Assembly: GCA_002269645.1 (NCBI GenBank)
Contig: NIVC01000366.1
Location: forward strand, 248,001-312,000
Origin: Macrostomum lignano
Lineage: Eukaryota
Direction: 5' to 3'
Length of the DNA: 64,000 nt
Of this stretch, positions 12,796-23,400 are shown in pieces; within the stretch, counting starts at the first letter, position 1; each line of letters starts with the position of its first letter. Both the position numbers and the translations under genes were made by a program. The notes under the pieces were generated by a model. That model did no database searches. It was not told the origin of the DNA and saw only the letters and a program-made list of their open reading frames with translations.

Positions 12796-13762
12796 TTTTA
12801 GACAATTCATATACTTCACTCAGATGACAAAATTAGCTAGCCAAATTAATGCCTCAAACTTGGTTGACAAAGAAATATAAAGTAAGTATCACAAATATAT
12901 AGAATTTCATTAAATACAACTTCTATCTATTAAAACAGGTGAATTATATTTGTTTTAACTTACTTAAGTAAGGTTAAAGACTTAAAGACTAGATCCATCT
13001 AGGACTTTGGAATTTGGACCTATATCCTATTTGTTTACTAGAAAAAAGTTGTTTTTTTCTGCTAGTAGATGAAAAGTAGTATAGACAAAATCATTTTATG
13101 CAAAGTTAAACTATCTATAGTAGTATACCTATGGATATAGCTATGGATATAAATATTTTATACTTATATCACTGTATAACTCATGTGTATACTATGTCTA
13201 ATATGTATGAACACATGCCAATGCATGGTCCTCTATCTGGCCTGCAGGTCCTTTAAAACTTCACAATAGCAATATGGTCTAATCAGGGTTCATGTCTCTT
13301 CTCAGCTCCCTTCTCTCTTATCTTCTCTCTCTTCTCTTCTCTCCTCTCCTCTCTTCTATCCTCTCCTCTTCTCTACCAACTTCTCTCCCTTCCTCTCTTT
13401 TTTCATCTCTCCTTCTCTAGTCCTCTCTCCTCATGTCTCCTTTCTTCTCATTCATTCCCTTGCCTCTCTTTTCTCCTATCTCTCTTCTCTATTCCCTCTC
13501 CTCTCACCCCTCCTCTGGCTCGCAGTCATGCGCTAGATTCTTTATCCAGCCTTCGAGTTAAAAAATGTTTACCAACCCTGATAAAGATATTGATATATTG
13601 GGTTTTATATATTTGGATATATTGGGTTATATCACTACCAATGTAGATACCAATGATAACATTTCTGAATGCAAGTTTGTTTATTATTTGCGGCAATCTT
13701 TCAGACACCTTCAGAACCAAGATATTATTTGATCAGCTAAAAAAGCAACTAGGCAAAAGAGC

Positions 13763-14325
13763 ATGCCTGTCAATCAACTAATCCGAGGTCGAAGACGCAG
13801 CCTAGCAACTGCACTCCTGTTGGGTATCTGTTTGGTTGCTGCTACGCATCTGATTTTACCAATTCTGTCTCCATTGCCCCAGCCGGCCTACACTGGCCAA
13901 GATGCTGTTCCCAGTTCTCTCCCGGACTATGCTCAGCCAGACGACTTGCACACCGCCCATCTTGGTCGTCGGTACCTTAGCAACGATCAACCGTCGCCTT
14001 GGGGTCACCCAGTGATGGACATGTCCTGCAGTATGCACACCTGCTTCAATTTCTCCCGCTGTCGTCAAGGCTTCACAGTTTACGTTTATCCAAAGCCAAC
14101 TGGCGAAGGCGATGGTGTTCTTGGCAGCGATGACGAGTCCAATGCCGAGTTGGGTGGCGGAGGCGAAACCTATGATAAAATTTTGCGAGCTATCCGACTG
14201 TCGCCCTATTATACTGACGATCCGGAGAAGGCTTGCATATTTGTGCCTGGCATCGATACACTGGACAGGGACTCGTTAAGTCCTAGGTTTAAGGCTAAAG
14301 CTGCTGCCGTGATCACCGGATACAG
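13763..14325 (+). CDS. EXT1: Exostosin-1 exon 1 (signal-anchor and start of GT47 domain)
   Basis: ATG, type II TM segment, CSMHTCFNFSRC..VYVYP and YYTDDPEKACIFVPGIDTLDRDSLS match EXT1. Donor GTTAGG at 14326, phase 2. Confidence 0.9.
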
Positions 14326-14394
14326 GTTAGGTATTTACATGTTTCTGTAGACATTTAACTGTATATAATTTAACTATATTCATTTTTAGTCTCA

Positions 14395-14770
14395 GTAGTC
14401 AATCAATATCTACTCAGCCCAGGTGTCTCATCTCTATCGCTATCTCAGCCCAGGTGTATCGTCTATCGCTATCTCAGCCCAGGTGTCTCATCTCTATCGC
14501 TATCTCAGCCCAGGTGTATCGTCTATCGCTATCTCAGCCCAGGTGTATCATCTCTATCGCTATCTCAGCCCAGGTGTATCGTCTCTATCGCTATCTGAGC
14601 CTAGGTATCTCATCATTAGTTAATGGCTATCTCAGCCCAGGTATCTCATCAATAGTCTATGGCTATCTCAGCCCAGGTATCTCATCAATAATCTATGGCT
14701 ATCTCAGCCCAGGTATCTCATCAATAGTCTATGGCTATCTCAGCCCAGGTATCTCCCCAGCCAGCCCAGG
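14395..14770. repeat. EXT1 intron 1 minisatellite, core CTATCTCAGCCCAGGT
   Basis: Tandem units of about 30 bp sharing this core. Confidence 0.9.
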
Positions 14771-14813
14771 TATTAAATTATAGCTCACTACACCTCACCT
14801 GTCGCACCCACAG

Positions 14814-15236
14814 TCACTGGCACGGCCGTGGCGAGAACCATTTAATATTCAACCTGTACGCCGGCACCTGGCCTAATTATTACGAGCACGAGTTGGGTAT
14901 ACCCACTAACCGGGCCATTCTGGCTAAGGCCAGCTTCTCTACTACAAATATTCGATCTTTATTCGACCTGTCATTCCCTCTGGTGCACTCGCAGCACCCG
15001 CTGTCCGCGCCAGCCCAGACCGTGGCGGCCTCGCCCGAGCCCTACTTGGCCAAGGCTAGGCGGCCCATTCTGCTGTCCTTCAAAGGCAAGCGGTACGTTA
15101 TTGGCAGCGGCAGTGCTAGTAGAAACTCGCTGTACCATCTGGACAATGGCAAGGATATTCTGCTGTTTACCACCTGCAAGCACGGGGATAATTGGCGACG
15201 GTACAGCGATTCCAGATGCGCCTTGGATAATGCCAG
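14814..15236 (+). CDS. EXT1: Exostosin-1 exon 2
   Basis: Acceptor CCCACAG. HWHGRGENHLIFNLYAGTWPNY, LLSFKGKRY and TTCKHG are EXT1 signatures. 423 nt, phase 2-2; the donor GTTTAC is weak. Confidence 0.9.
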
Positions 15237-15269
15237 GTTTACTTTAATGCTTTATGAGCACTCAATCCC

Positions 15270-15680
15270 CAGTTACTGGGCCAGTCACACAGATCCCAGT
15301 TGCTGGGCCAGTGCTGGGCCAACCTCCCAGATCCTCAGTTGCTGTTGGGCCAGCCACCCAGATCCTCAGTTGCTGGGCCAGTGCTGGGCCAACCTCCCAG
15401 ATCCTCAGTTGCTGTTGGGCCAGCCACCCAGATCCTCAGTTGCTGCTGGGCCAAACTCCCAGATCCTCAGTTGCTGGGCCAGCCTCCCAGATCCTCAGTT
15501 GCTGCTGAGCCAGCCTCCCAGATCCTCAGTTGCTGCTGAGCCAGCCTCCCAGATCCTCAGTTGCTGCTGAGCCAGCCTCCCAGATCCTCAGTTGCTGCTG
15601 AGCCAGCCTCCCAGATCCTCAGTTGCTGCTGAGCCAGCCTCCCAGATCCTCAGTTACTGGGCCACCCACAAATCCTCAGC
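15270..15680. repeat. EXT1 intron 2 minisatellite, 28-31 bp, core CCAGATCCTCAGTTGCTG
   Basis: Tandem units. The same family recurs at 21400-21880 and 23953-24349. Confidence 0.9.
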
Positions 15681-15736
15681 TGCTCACTCTTATTTAAGTT
15701 TATTGCATCTGTATAACTGAATTCAACCGCTTGCAG

Positions 15737-15839
15737 GTACGGCATGTGGGATTACGACAACTTACTGCATAATTCCACATTTTGTTTGGTGCCTCGAGGT
15801 CGTCGTCTTGGTTCGTATCGCTTCTTGGAGGTTCTTCAG
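15737..15839 (+). CDS. EXT1: Exostosin-1 exon 3
   Basis: TTGCAG acceptor; YGMWDYDNLLHNSTFCLVPRGRRLGSYRFLEVLQ; GTAAGT donor. Confidence 0.95.
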
Positions 15840-15904
15840 GTAAGTGGCTGTTATCTAATTTTTTTAAACGAATCATTGGGAATCATATTTGACTCCCTAC
15901 CGTG

Positions 15905-16968
15905 ACAATAAGAATCCCAATCCTGACAAAATGAGTTCCAACCCTGACAATAAGAATCCCAATCCAGATAAGAATCCCAATCCTGACAATAAGAATCCCA
16001 ATCCTGACAATAAGAATCCCAATCCTGACTATAAGAATCCCAACCCTGACTATAAGAATCCCAATCCTGACAATAAGAATCCCAACCCTGACTATAAGAA
16101 TCCCAATCCTGACTATAAGAATCCCAATCCTGACTATAAGAATCCCAATCCTGACAATAAGAATCCCAATCCTGACAATAAGAATCCCAATCCTGACAAT
16201 AAGAATCCCAATCCTGACAATAAGAATCCCAATCCTGACTATAAGAATCCCAATCCTGACAATAAGAATCCCAACCCTGACTATAAGAATCCCAATCCTG
16301 ACAATAAGAATCCCAATCCTGACAATAAGAATCCCAATCCTGACAATAAGAATCCCAATCCTGACAATAAGAATCCCAATCCTGACTATAAGAATCCCAA
16401 TCCTGACAATAAGAATCCCAACCCTGACTATAAGAATCCCAATCCTGACAATAAGAATCCCAACCCTGACTATAAGAATCCCAATCCTGACTATAAGAAT
16501 CCCAATCCTGACAATAAGAATCCCAATCCTGACAATAAGAATCCCAATCCTGACTATAAGAATCCCAATCCTGACAATAAGAATCCCAACCCTGACTATA
16601 AGAATCCCAATCCTGACAATAAGAATCCCAATCCTGACAATAAGAATCCCAATCCTGACTATAAGAATCCCAATCCTGACAATAAGAATCCCAATCCTGA
16701 CAATAAGAATCCCAATCCTGACAATAAGAATCCCAATCCTGACAATAAGAATCCCAATCCTGACAATAAGAATCCCAATCCTGACAATAAGAATCCCAAT
16801 CCTGACAATAAGAATCCCAATCCTGACTATAAGAATCCCAATCCTGACAATAAGAATCCCAATCCTGACTATAAGAATCCCAATCCTGACTATAAGAATC
16901 CCAATCCTGACTATAAGAATCCCAATCCTGACAATAAGAATCCCAATCCTGACAATAAGAATCCCACT
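15905..16968. repeat. EXT1 intron 3 minisatellite, 21-bp AAGAATCCCAATCCTGAC(A/T)AT, about 50 copies
   Basis: Near-perfect tandem array. A unit length divisible by 3 explains the DNKNPNP and GILIVRI pseudo-ORFs. Confidence 0.95.
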
Positions 16969-17040
16969 CTTTAGGAACAGTTTTCCCAATCCTGAAATTC
17001 AGAATCCCAAGTTCTCCACAATCCCGATCACTTCGCGCAG

Positions 17041-17430
17041 GCCGGTTGCATCCCCGTGGTGCTGTCTAACGACTGGGAGCTGCCATTCTCCGAGGTGATC
17101 GACTGGCGCCGAGCCGCAGTCTGGGCAGACGAGCGTCAGCTACTTCAACTGCCGGACATTGTGCGCTCTATACCCGATTGGCGCGTGATTCAGATGCGCC
17201 AGCAGTGCAGATTTTTATACAGCGCATATTTCTCTTCGGTCCAATCGATTGTGCGAGTGACGCTGGAGATTCTGGCGGATCGGATTTCCTATCTGAGGCG
17301 GCCCGGCCTGTTCTGGAATAGCCGGCCTGGCGGCTTGTTAGTCAGGCCGCCGTTCTCCCTTAATCCCTGCTATTATCCCTTCTATGGGCCAAGGCCTGGG
17401 CCGCCTTGCCCTGCTGGCCGGGTTGAGCAC
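17041..17430 (+). CDS. EXT1: Exostosin-1 exon 4
   Basis: GCGCAG acceptor; AGCIPVVLSNDWELPFSEVIDW..DERQLLQLP..YFSSVQSIV..LEI. The donor is either GTGAGG (17431) or GTTGAG (17422), both phase 0. Confidence 0.85.
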
Positions 17431-17589
17431 GTGAGGATTTGAATGGCTAGGATTTTTAGTTGTGTCTTAATTCTTTGTTTCTTTCTCACTTAAGTCCTCT
17501 TCTTCCCCTCCATTTCTTCCCTTATTGACTCCATTCCATACCCACCGTATTTTCCCCTCCTGATTTCCCTTTTCCCGTCCGTGTTTTCT

Positions 17590-18830
17590 TCTCTTAATTC
17601 CCCTTCTTCCCCTTCGTGTTTTCCCCTCTTAATTCCCCTTCTTTCCCTTCGTGTTTTCCCCTCTAAAATTCCCCTTCTTCCCCTTCGTGTTTTCCCCTCT
17701 TAATTCCCCTTCTTCCCCTTCGTGTTTTCCCCTCTTAATTCCTCTTCTTCCCCTTCGTGTTTTCCCCTCTTATTCCCCTTCTTACCCTTTTTTTTCTTTC
17801 TTAATTCCTCTTCTTCCCCTTCGTGTTTTCCCCTCTTAATTCCCCTTCTTACCCTTCGTGTTTTCCCCTCTTAATTCCCCTTCTTTCCCTTCGTGTTTTC
17901 CCCTCTAAAATTCCCCTTCTTCCCCTTCGTGTTTTCCCCTCTTAATTCCCCTTCTTCCCCTTCGTGTTTTCCCCTCTTAATTCCTCTTCTTCCCCTTCGT
18001 GTTTTCCCCTCTTATTCCCCTTCTTACCCTTTTTTTTCTTTCTTAATTCCTCTTCTTCCCCTTCGTGTTTTCCCCTCTTAATTCCCCTTCTTACCCTTCG
18101 TGTTTTCCCCTCTTAATTCCTCTTCTTCCCCTTCGTGTTTTCCCCTCTTAATTCCCCTTCTTACCCTTCGTGTTTTCCCCTCTTAATTCCCCTTCTTACC
18201 CTTCGTGTTTTCCCCTCTTAATTCCCCTTCTTCCCCTTCGTGTTTTCCCCTCTTAATTCCCCTTCTTCCCCTTCGTGTTTTCCCCTCTTAATTCCCCTTC
18301 TTACCCTTCGTGTTTTCCCCTCTTAATTCCCCTTCTTACCCTTCGTGTTTTCCCCTCTTAATTCCCCTTCTTCCCCTTCGTGTTTTCCCCTCTTAATTCC
18401 TCTTCTTCCCCTTCGTGTTTTCCCCTCTTAATTCCCCTTCTTACCCTTCGTGTTTTCCCCTCTTAATTCCCCTTCTTACCCTTCGTGTTTTCCCCTCTTA
18501 ATTCCCCTTCTTCCCCTTCGTGTTTTCCCCTCTTAATTCCTCTTCTTCCCCTTCGTGTTTTCCCCTCTTAATTCCCCTTCTTACCCTTCGTGTTTTCCCC
18601 TCTTAATTCCCCTTCTTCCCCTTCGTGTTTTCCCCTCTTAATTCCCCTTCTTCCCCTTCGTGTTTTCCCCTCTTAATTCCCCTTCTTACCCTTCGTGTTT
18701 TCCCCTCTTAATTCCCCTTCTTACCCTTCGTGTTTTCCCCTCTTAATTCCCCTTCTTCCCCTTCGTGTTTTCCCCTCTTAATTCCTCTTCTTCCCCTTCG
18801 TGTTTTCCCCTCTTAATTCCCCTTCGTGTC
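17590..18830. repeat. EXT1 intron 4 minisatellite, 35-bp TTCCCCTTCGTGTTTTCCCCTCTTAATTCCCCTTC
   Basis: Pyrimidine-rich tandem array with period 35. Confidence 0.95.
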
Positions 18831-18924
18831 CCTCTCTTCCCATTATTCTCCATCTATCTCCTCTTGAGTCGATTCCTACAATATACTTGATGTCCTTCAT
18901 GTTTCCCCATACACGACCCCCCAG

Positions 18925-19179
18925 GTCACCGCTGTGCTGTTCTGCGGCCCCGGCTGCCACAACTCGCTGCTGCTGGGAGTTCTCCGCTCCCTGACCGGCA
19001 ACGGCGGCCTCGTCCGCCAGATATTCGTTGTCTGGCGATCGTCGCTATCGCCGATGCCGCCATCGATGTCGACATTGCGTCGACTGGTTGGCAACAAGAT
19101 TCGAATTGCGCTGAGTGGGGGCGGCGGCAGCGCAGATGGCAACCCGCTGAGTCTGATTGAGATGCCGGACTGGAGTCTG
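18925..19179 (+). CDS. EXT1: Exostosin-1 exon 5 (start of GT64 domain)
   Basis: CCCCAG acceptor. VTAVLF..RQIFVVW aligns with EXT1 FTAVI..AQIIVLW. GTAAGA donor; 255 nt. Confidence 0.8.
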
Positions 19180-19283
19180 GTAAGAGCTACTCGTAATAGG
19201 CCTGATCGCTGCTTAGCTAAGAAAAGCTAAATGGCGTATTATTAGTATTATTAGTTACTTAAACCTCCTTAATAGCTGTAGAT

Positions 19284-19440
19284 TGTAGCCTAGTGGTTAG
19301 AGAGCGTCGGACTCGCGACTGAGGTCGGGGGTTCGATTCTCGACCCACTCAGGACAATTTGTTTCCTTGAGCAAGGAACTTAACTCTGCATTACTTCGGT
19401 TCACCCAGCTGTAAAATGGGTGCCAGCATTAGCTGGGATA
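19284..19440 (+). mobile_element. tRNA-derived SINE with CORE-like central domain
   Basis: A box TAGCCTAGTGG and B box GGTTCGATTC, then TTCCTTGAGCAAGGAACTTAAC...CAGCTGTAAAATGGG resembling the MIR/CORE domain. Second copy at 47356-47470. Confidence 0.75.
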
Positions 19441-19599
19441 ATCGAGGGTATTGTTGGGATTCTTGAGGTGTTAACACTTATTTTAATTGTCATATTTGAA
19501 TAACCTGTAGACATGGAGTCTGCAGACATCTGCGTGTCAGAGAGGCTTATAAGTGTAAGGGTTTGGGTAGAAATGTTGGTTTTTAATTGATTTTGAGGC

Positions 19600-19870
19600 T
19601 AATTTGGAATCTCGGCTTGGCTCTGCTTTTGCAATTAACGGCCTTGAGGGCCAACCCCCAAGGCACAGTAAGTGTACATGCCTAACGATACATATAGTTA
19701 GGGCCGCTGTACACTCCTGTGTGAGTGTGCGCCTGTGCGTATGACTGAGTACGCATCCGCGCGCTTGTGTGCCTGCTCAGGGGAGTCGGCGGAATGGGCA
19801 GCAATGCCTCTCACCGGTTTTGTGACAGTGGCGCCTAAAGTGCGCCAAGGTGCACACAACCCCAGCTTTA
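19600..19870 (+). repeat. Interspersed repeat (copies at 37555-37830 on - and, diverged, 41680-41830 on +)
   Basis: Shared CCTTGAGGGCCAACCCCCCAAGGCACAGT...GGCGGAATGGGCAGCAATGCCTCTC block. Class unknown; possibly a retroelement 3' end. Confidence 0.75.
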
Positions 19871-20234
19871 AAAATAGTATTGTAGTAGTATATTACTACT
19901 GTATTAGTGAGATAGTAGTATATAAAAGGTTAAATTTTAATATTTCTCTTTGTACTTTTAATTGCTGGTCCTCCCAAATCTCAACATTATGCTTGTTGAA
20001 CAAGTTTTCTTCTTTTTACTCAGGTTTTTTGGTTCAGCAGTTTAAAAATAAAATAGTAATATACCTTGACGTCCTTAGTTCGACTACCGTGTTTAGTTTA
20101 TTATTTAATTTACGCTGTAAAACATTTATCAAAGGTTCCGGGTTCGAATTCTCATCCGATATGTTGCGTTGCACCTATAATTGGCGTGCCTATATACCTA
20201 CAGTTAATTAATGATTTATTAATACCCCTCGCAG

Positions 20235-20408
20235 ATCTCCCAAGACGCGGTGCTATTGATCAATGCCTCTGCTCTGTCGGCGCCAATTCCTCAGCATTGG
20301 CATCAGCAGTTGCAGCAGCTCTACAGGCTGGCGTTCAGCGTTTGGCGAGCGCAAACCGACCGAGCTGTTGGGCTCCAGGGCGGCCTGCACTTTTATGACG
20401 ACTTCCAG
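20235..20408 (+). CDS. EXT1: Exostosin-1 exon 6
   Basis: TCGCAG acceptor. ISQDAVLLINAS...LAFSVWRAQTDRAVG..LHFYD aligns with TDAVLSLDED...FAFTVW..PERIVG..SHFWD. GTAAAT donor; 174 nt. Confidence 0.85.
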
Positions 20409-20454
20409 GTAAATATTGAGAAGTAATGCTGGGTTGCTGCTACTAAATCTCTAA

Positions 20455-20605
20455 TACTATTACTACTTATACTACTACTAATGATGCTACTATTGTTAAT
20501 ACTACTACTACTACCACTACTACTACTACCACTACTACTACTACTACTACTACTATTACTACTAATGCTACTACTACTATTACTGCTACTACTAGCTACT
20601 ACTAC
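20455..20605. repeat. (ACT)n microsatellite
   Basis: Imperfect trinucleotide tract; resumes at ~20795-20812 after the MITE. Confidence 0.9.
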
Positions 20606-20796
20606 TTTTGATCAAAGCCCAGTTCTAAAAAAACTAGCGGAAATTCAATCCAGTCTAACCCCAGTCTAACCCCAGTTCAAAACATTCTAACGGAAGTAAG
20701 GTTTAGCCATAGACAAAATGATCCTCAGTCTGAATTGAATTTCCGCTAGTTTTTTTAGAACTGGGCTTTGATCAAAATTGAACGTGAAAAGGTGTA
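20606..20796. mobile_element. Palindromic MITE, left-truncated copy of the 37156-37389 element
   Basis: 44-bp inverted arms at 20606-20649 / ~20734-20776. Right terminus ATTGAACGTGAAAAGGTGTA is the same as in the second copy. Confidence 0.8.
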
Positions 20797-20980
20797 CTAC
20801 TACTACTACTACTGCATAGGTCTGATTAATACTCAATGAGAACCCCGCGTATTAGCTCAATATAATTAATACGACACAGTAAATATGAAGAAAAATTGTC
20901 TAAAGAAATTTTGACCATCGTATCTAAGCCAATAAAAAAGCTGTTTTATTTCGAAATGTTAATATTATAATCTACCGAAG

Positions 20981-21322
20981 GAGCGTTGGAGTCTCACTAC
21001 GGCGCCAGCCTCAGGCGTCTCCTGCCTGCTTGGGCCGGTGCTCATGCTGCACCGCTATTACGCCTACCTGATGTCCAGCCCGTTTGCCGAACGACTGCGT
21101 CGTGTAGCCTCCGTGTTTGACGGCTGCGACCTGCTAGCCTGGAGTTTTCTAGTCAGTCACGTGACTGGCCGCCCGCCCGCCCAGCTGCTGGAGCACCGGA
21201 CGGCATGGGCCCAGCCGGAGTTCCTTGGCAGTCGGCAGCTGTGCCTGCAACCGCTGGCAAATGCGCTGGGCTCGGCTATGCCTCTGACTGTGTCCAGGGC
21301 AAGGATGGACCCTGTGTCATAG
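20981..21322 (+). CDS. EXT1: Exostosin-1 exon 7 (terminal)
   Basis: ERWSLT..LHRYYAYL..GCDLLAWSFLVSHVTGRPP..RQLC..MPL..RMDPV then stop TAG. Matches the EXT1 C-terminus. Confidence 0.9.
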   Translation, partial: ERWSLTTAPASGVSCLLGPVLMLHRYYAYLMSSPFAERLRRVASVFDGCDLLAWSFLVSHVTGRPPAQLLEHRTAWAQPEFLGSRQLCLQPLANALGSAMPLTVSRARMDPVS

Positions 21323-21399
21323 CTGACGTTTTAACCTCTGTTTGCTGGTGCTCCATTATCTTGGATTCGCAGTTTCTTGTCACATGCCAAACTGCCAGA

Positions 21400-21880
21400 T
21401 GTTCAGCTGCTGAGCAACCAGCCTCCCAGATCCTCAATTGCTAGGCCAGCCTCCCAGATCCTCAGTTGCTGGGCCAGCCTCCCAGATCCTCAGTTGCTGG
21501 GCCAGCCTCCCAGATCCTCAGTTGCTGGGCCAACCTCCCAGATCCTCAGTTTCTACCTAGCCAGCCTCCCAGATCCTCAGTTGCTGGGCCAGCCTCCCAG
21601 ATCCTCAGTTGCTGGGCCAGTCTTCCCGATCCTCAGTTGCTGGGCCAGCCTCCCAGATCCTCAGTTGCTGGGCCAGCCTCCCAGATCCTCAGTTGCTGAG
21701 CCAGCCTCCCAGATCCTCAGTTGCTGGGGCCAGCCTCCCAGATCCTCAGTTGCTAGGCCAGCCTCCCAGATCCTCAGTTGCTAGGCCAGCCTCCCAGATC
21801 CTCAGTTGCTGGGGCCAGCCTCCCAGATCCTCAGTTGCTAGGCCAGCCTCCCAGATCCTCAGTTGCTGGGGCCAGCCTCC
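21400..21880. repeat. 28-bp minisatellite GATCCTCAGTTGCTGGGCCAGCCTCCCA downstream of EXT1
   Basis: Tandem units of the same family as EXT1 intron 2. Confidence 0.9.
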
Positions 21881-22199
21881 ATTGACATTTGCAATTACAG
21901 CCGATAGCTCGTTACAAAATGCAATTTTGTCTTCCCAGCAAAATGCAATTTTATGTCTTCCCAGCAAAATGCAATTTTATGTCTTCCCAGCTGTTATCAG
22001 TATATATATATGCAATACATATATCACTATATGTATGATATATGTATTGTAATCAATGATACATGATATGCATTCAATTCTTGTTAGCTAAGCTATTCGA
22101 CTAGTCACCCTTGCTCTGCAATGAAGAAAAATACCACTTCGTGCTTTCAGAAAAATCGCCCTCAAACAGAAATTCGCAAGTGTCTTTGTAAATTGATTG

Positions 22200-23400
22200 A
22201 AATACAATTTTGTTCAGTCAGACCTCGATTCGCTCATTCGACTGTTTTATGACTTTCAACTGTTTTTTTTAAATACAACTCGATAGGTGCTTTGACGAAT
22301 ATTTGCATGCTTCACTGGATAAATTTATGTCATGCGAGTCTTTAATTTGTGTTTTCTTAGTCTAAAATACTACCTTAAAGACGCGGTCGTAACACAGTTT
22401 TTAGAAAATGGGGTGTAAAAAATGAACTGTGATTTCGTCAAAAAGGTCTGAGTCTCCAAGACGCCGTCATCAGGTTTCAGAAAGTTAAAGACCGAAACCG
22501 TATCTGCGTGAATTCTCGTCCAGTATTTTATCGGGCAGTACAGCGGCTGCGTGCTACCAGACCCTCTGTTCAGCCCTCGGTAACCAAGCCCCATCCATCT
22601 GTATGGGCTACGGCTAGTTCAGCCGCTTCCAGAGTCGAAAGTCGTTGCTTTCTTGCAGTGACACCTTGACGAAGATCAGCGAGTGTGACGAATCGACAGT
22701 TAAAGAATCTTGTCTGGGTTTTTCGGATTCAACCAGTCGTTAAGATCCTGTTCAGTGTCGCTCAGAAGCAGGCCGGCATGGAGTTCGCGCGTCTTATGCT
22801 TGACAATTTTGAAAGCGACGTCTCAAAATCAGTTGGATAATATTCTCAAAGGGGGTGAAAGCTGGGTCGTCATTGGGTCACCATAGACGGTGATGCGCCG
22901 CTGAAATTCTGCCGCGAGCGAACCGTTGAAAGGTGATGCGATGGCTGCCAACTTTTTCCCCGTCACTGCGGCATCTTGCGGCCAGTGTTGCTTGAGCACG
23001 GCGCCACAGTGAGTGCTGGATTGTACAGCACCGTCTTCTTGCCGCAGGTGCTGCAACCATTTGATCAAGAGCGGCCAAAGTCTGGGGGAGAAGGGCAGCT
23101 TCCTTCGCCCAAAAATATACTGAGGCACAGAGCAGGGGCGACCCAGCAATACAAGACAACGCAGCTGCCGCATCCGGCATATTCGCCCGGCCTCGCGCCT
23201 TGTGATTTCTTGCTCTTTCAAAAACTGAAGAACTTGATGGGGAGGCGATTCGACTTGAGATAGGAGCTCGGGAATGTCCTGCAAGCTGAGCTGGGCTCAA
23301 TCCAAAAATCTGATTTAAGGTTTTTCAACTCTTGGTTCAAGCGAATGCAACAAATGTTTGGATCTGGATGGAATTTCTGTTTAGAAATGCGATTAGCTCC
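22200..23400 (+). pseudogene. Decayed mariner transposase (copy 1)
   Basis: LDNILKGGESWV (degenerate TGDESW) and LPHPAYSPGLAPCDFLLFQKLK, with frameshifts and stops. TIRs not resolved. Confidence 0.8.

Noticed and set aside
15883-16989. 361-aa (DNKNPNP)n ORF resembling a circumsporozoite-type repeat antigen, and the antisense (GILIVRI)n ORF
   Set aside because: It lies wholly within EXT1 intron 3, between a GTAAGT donor (15840) and a CAG acceptor (17040). The open frames are a by-product of a stop-free 21-bp unit. There is no signal peptide or unique domain.
19284-19356. Functional tRNA gene
   Set aside because: A and B boxes are present but I could not form a convincing acceptor stem. The sequence continues into a CORE-like domain shared with a second dispersed copy, so it is a SINE head.
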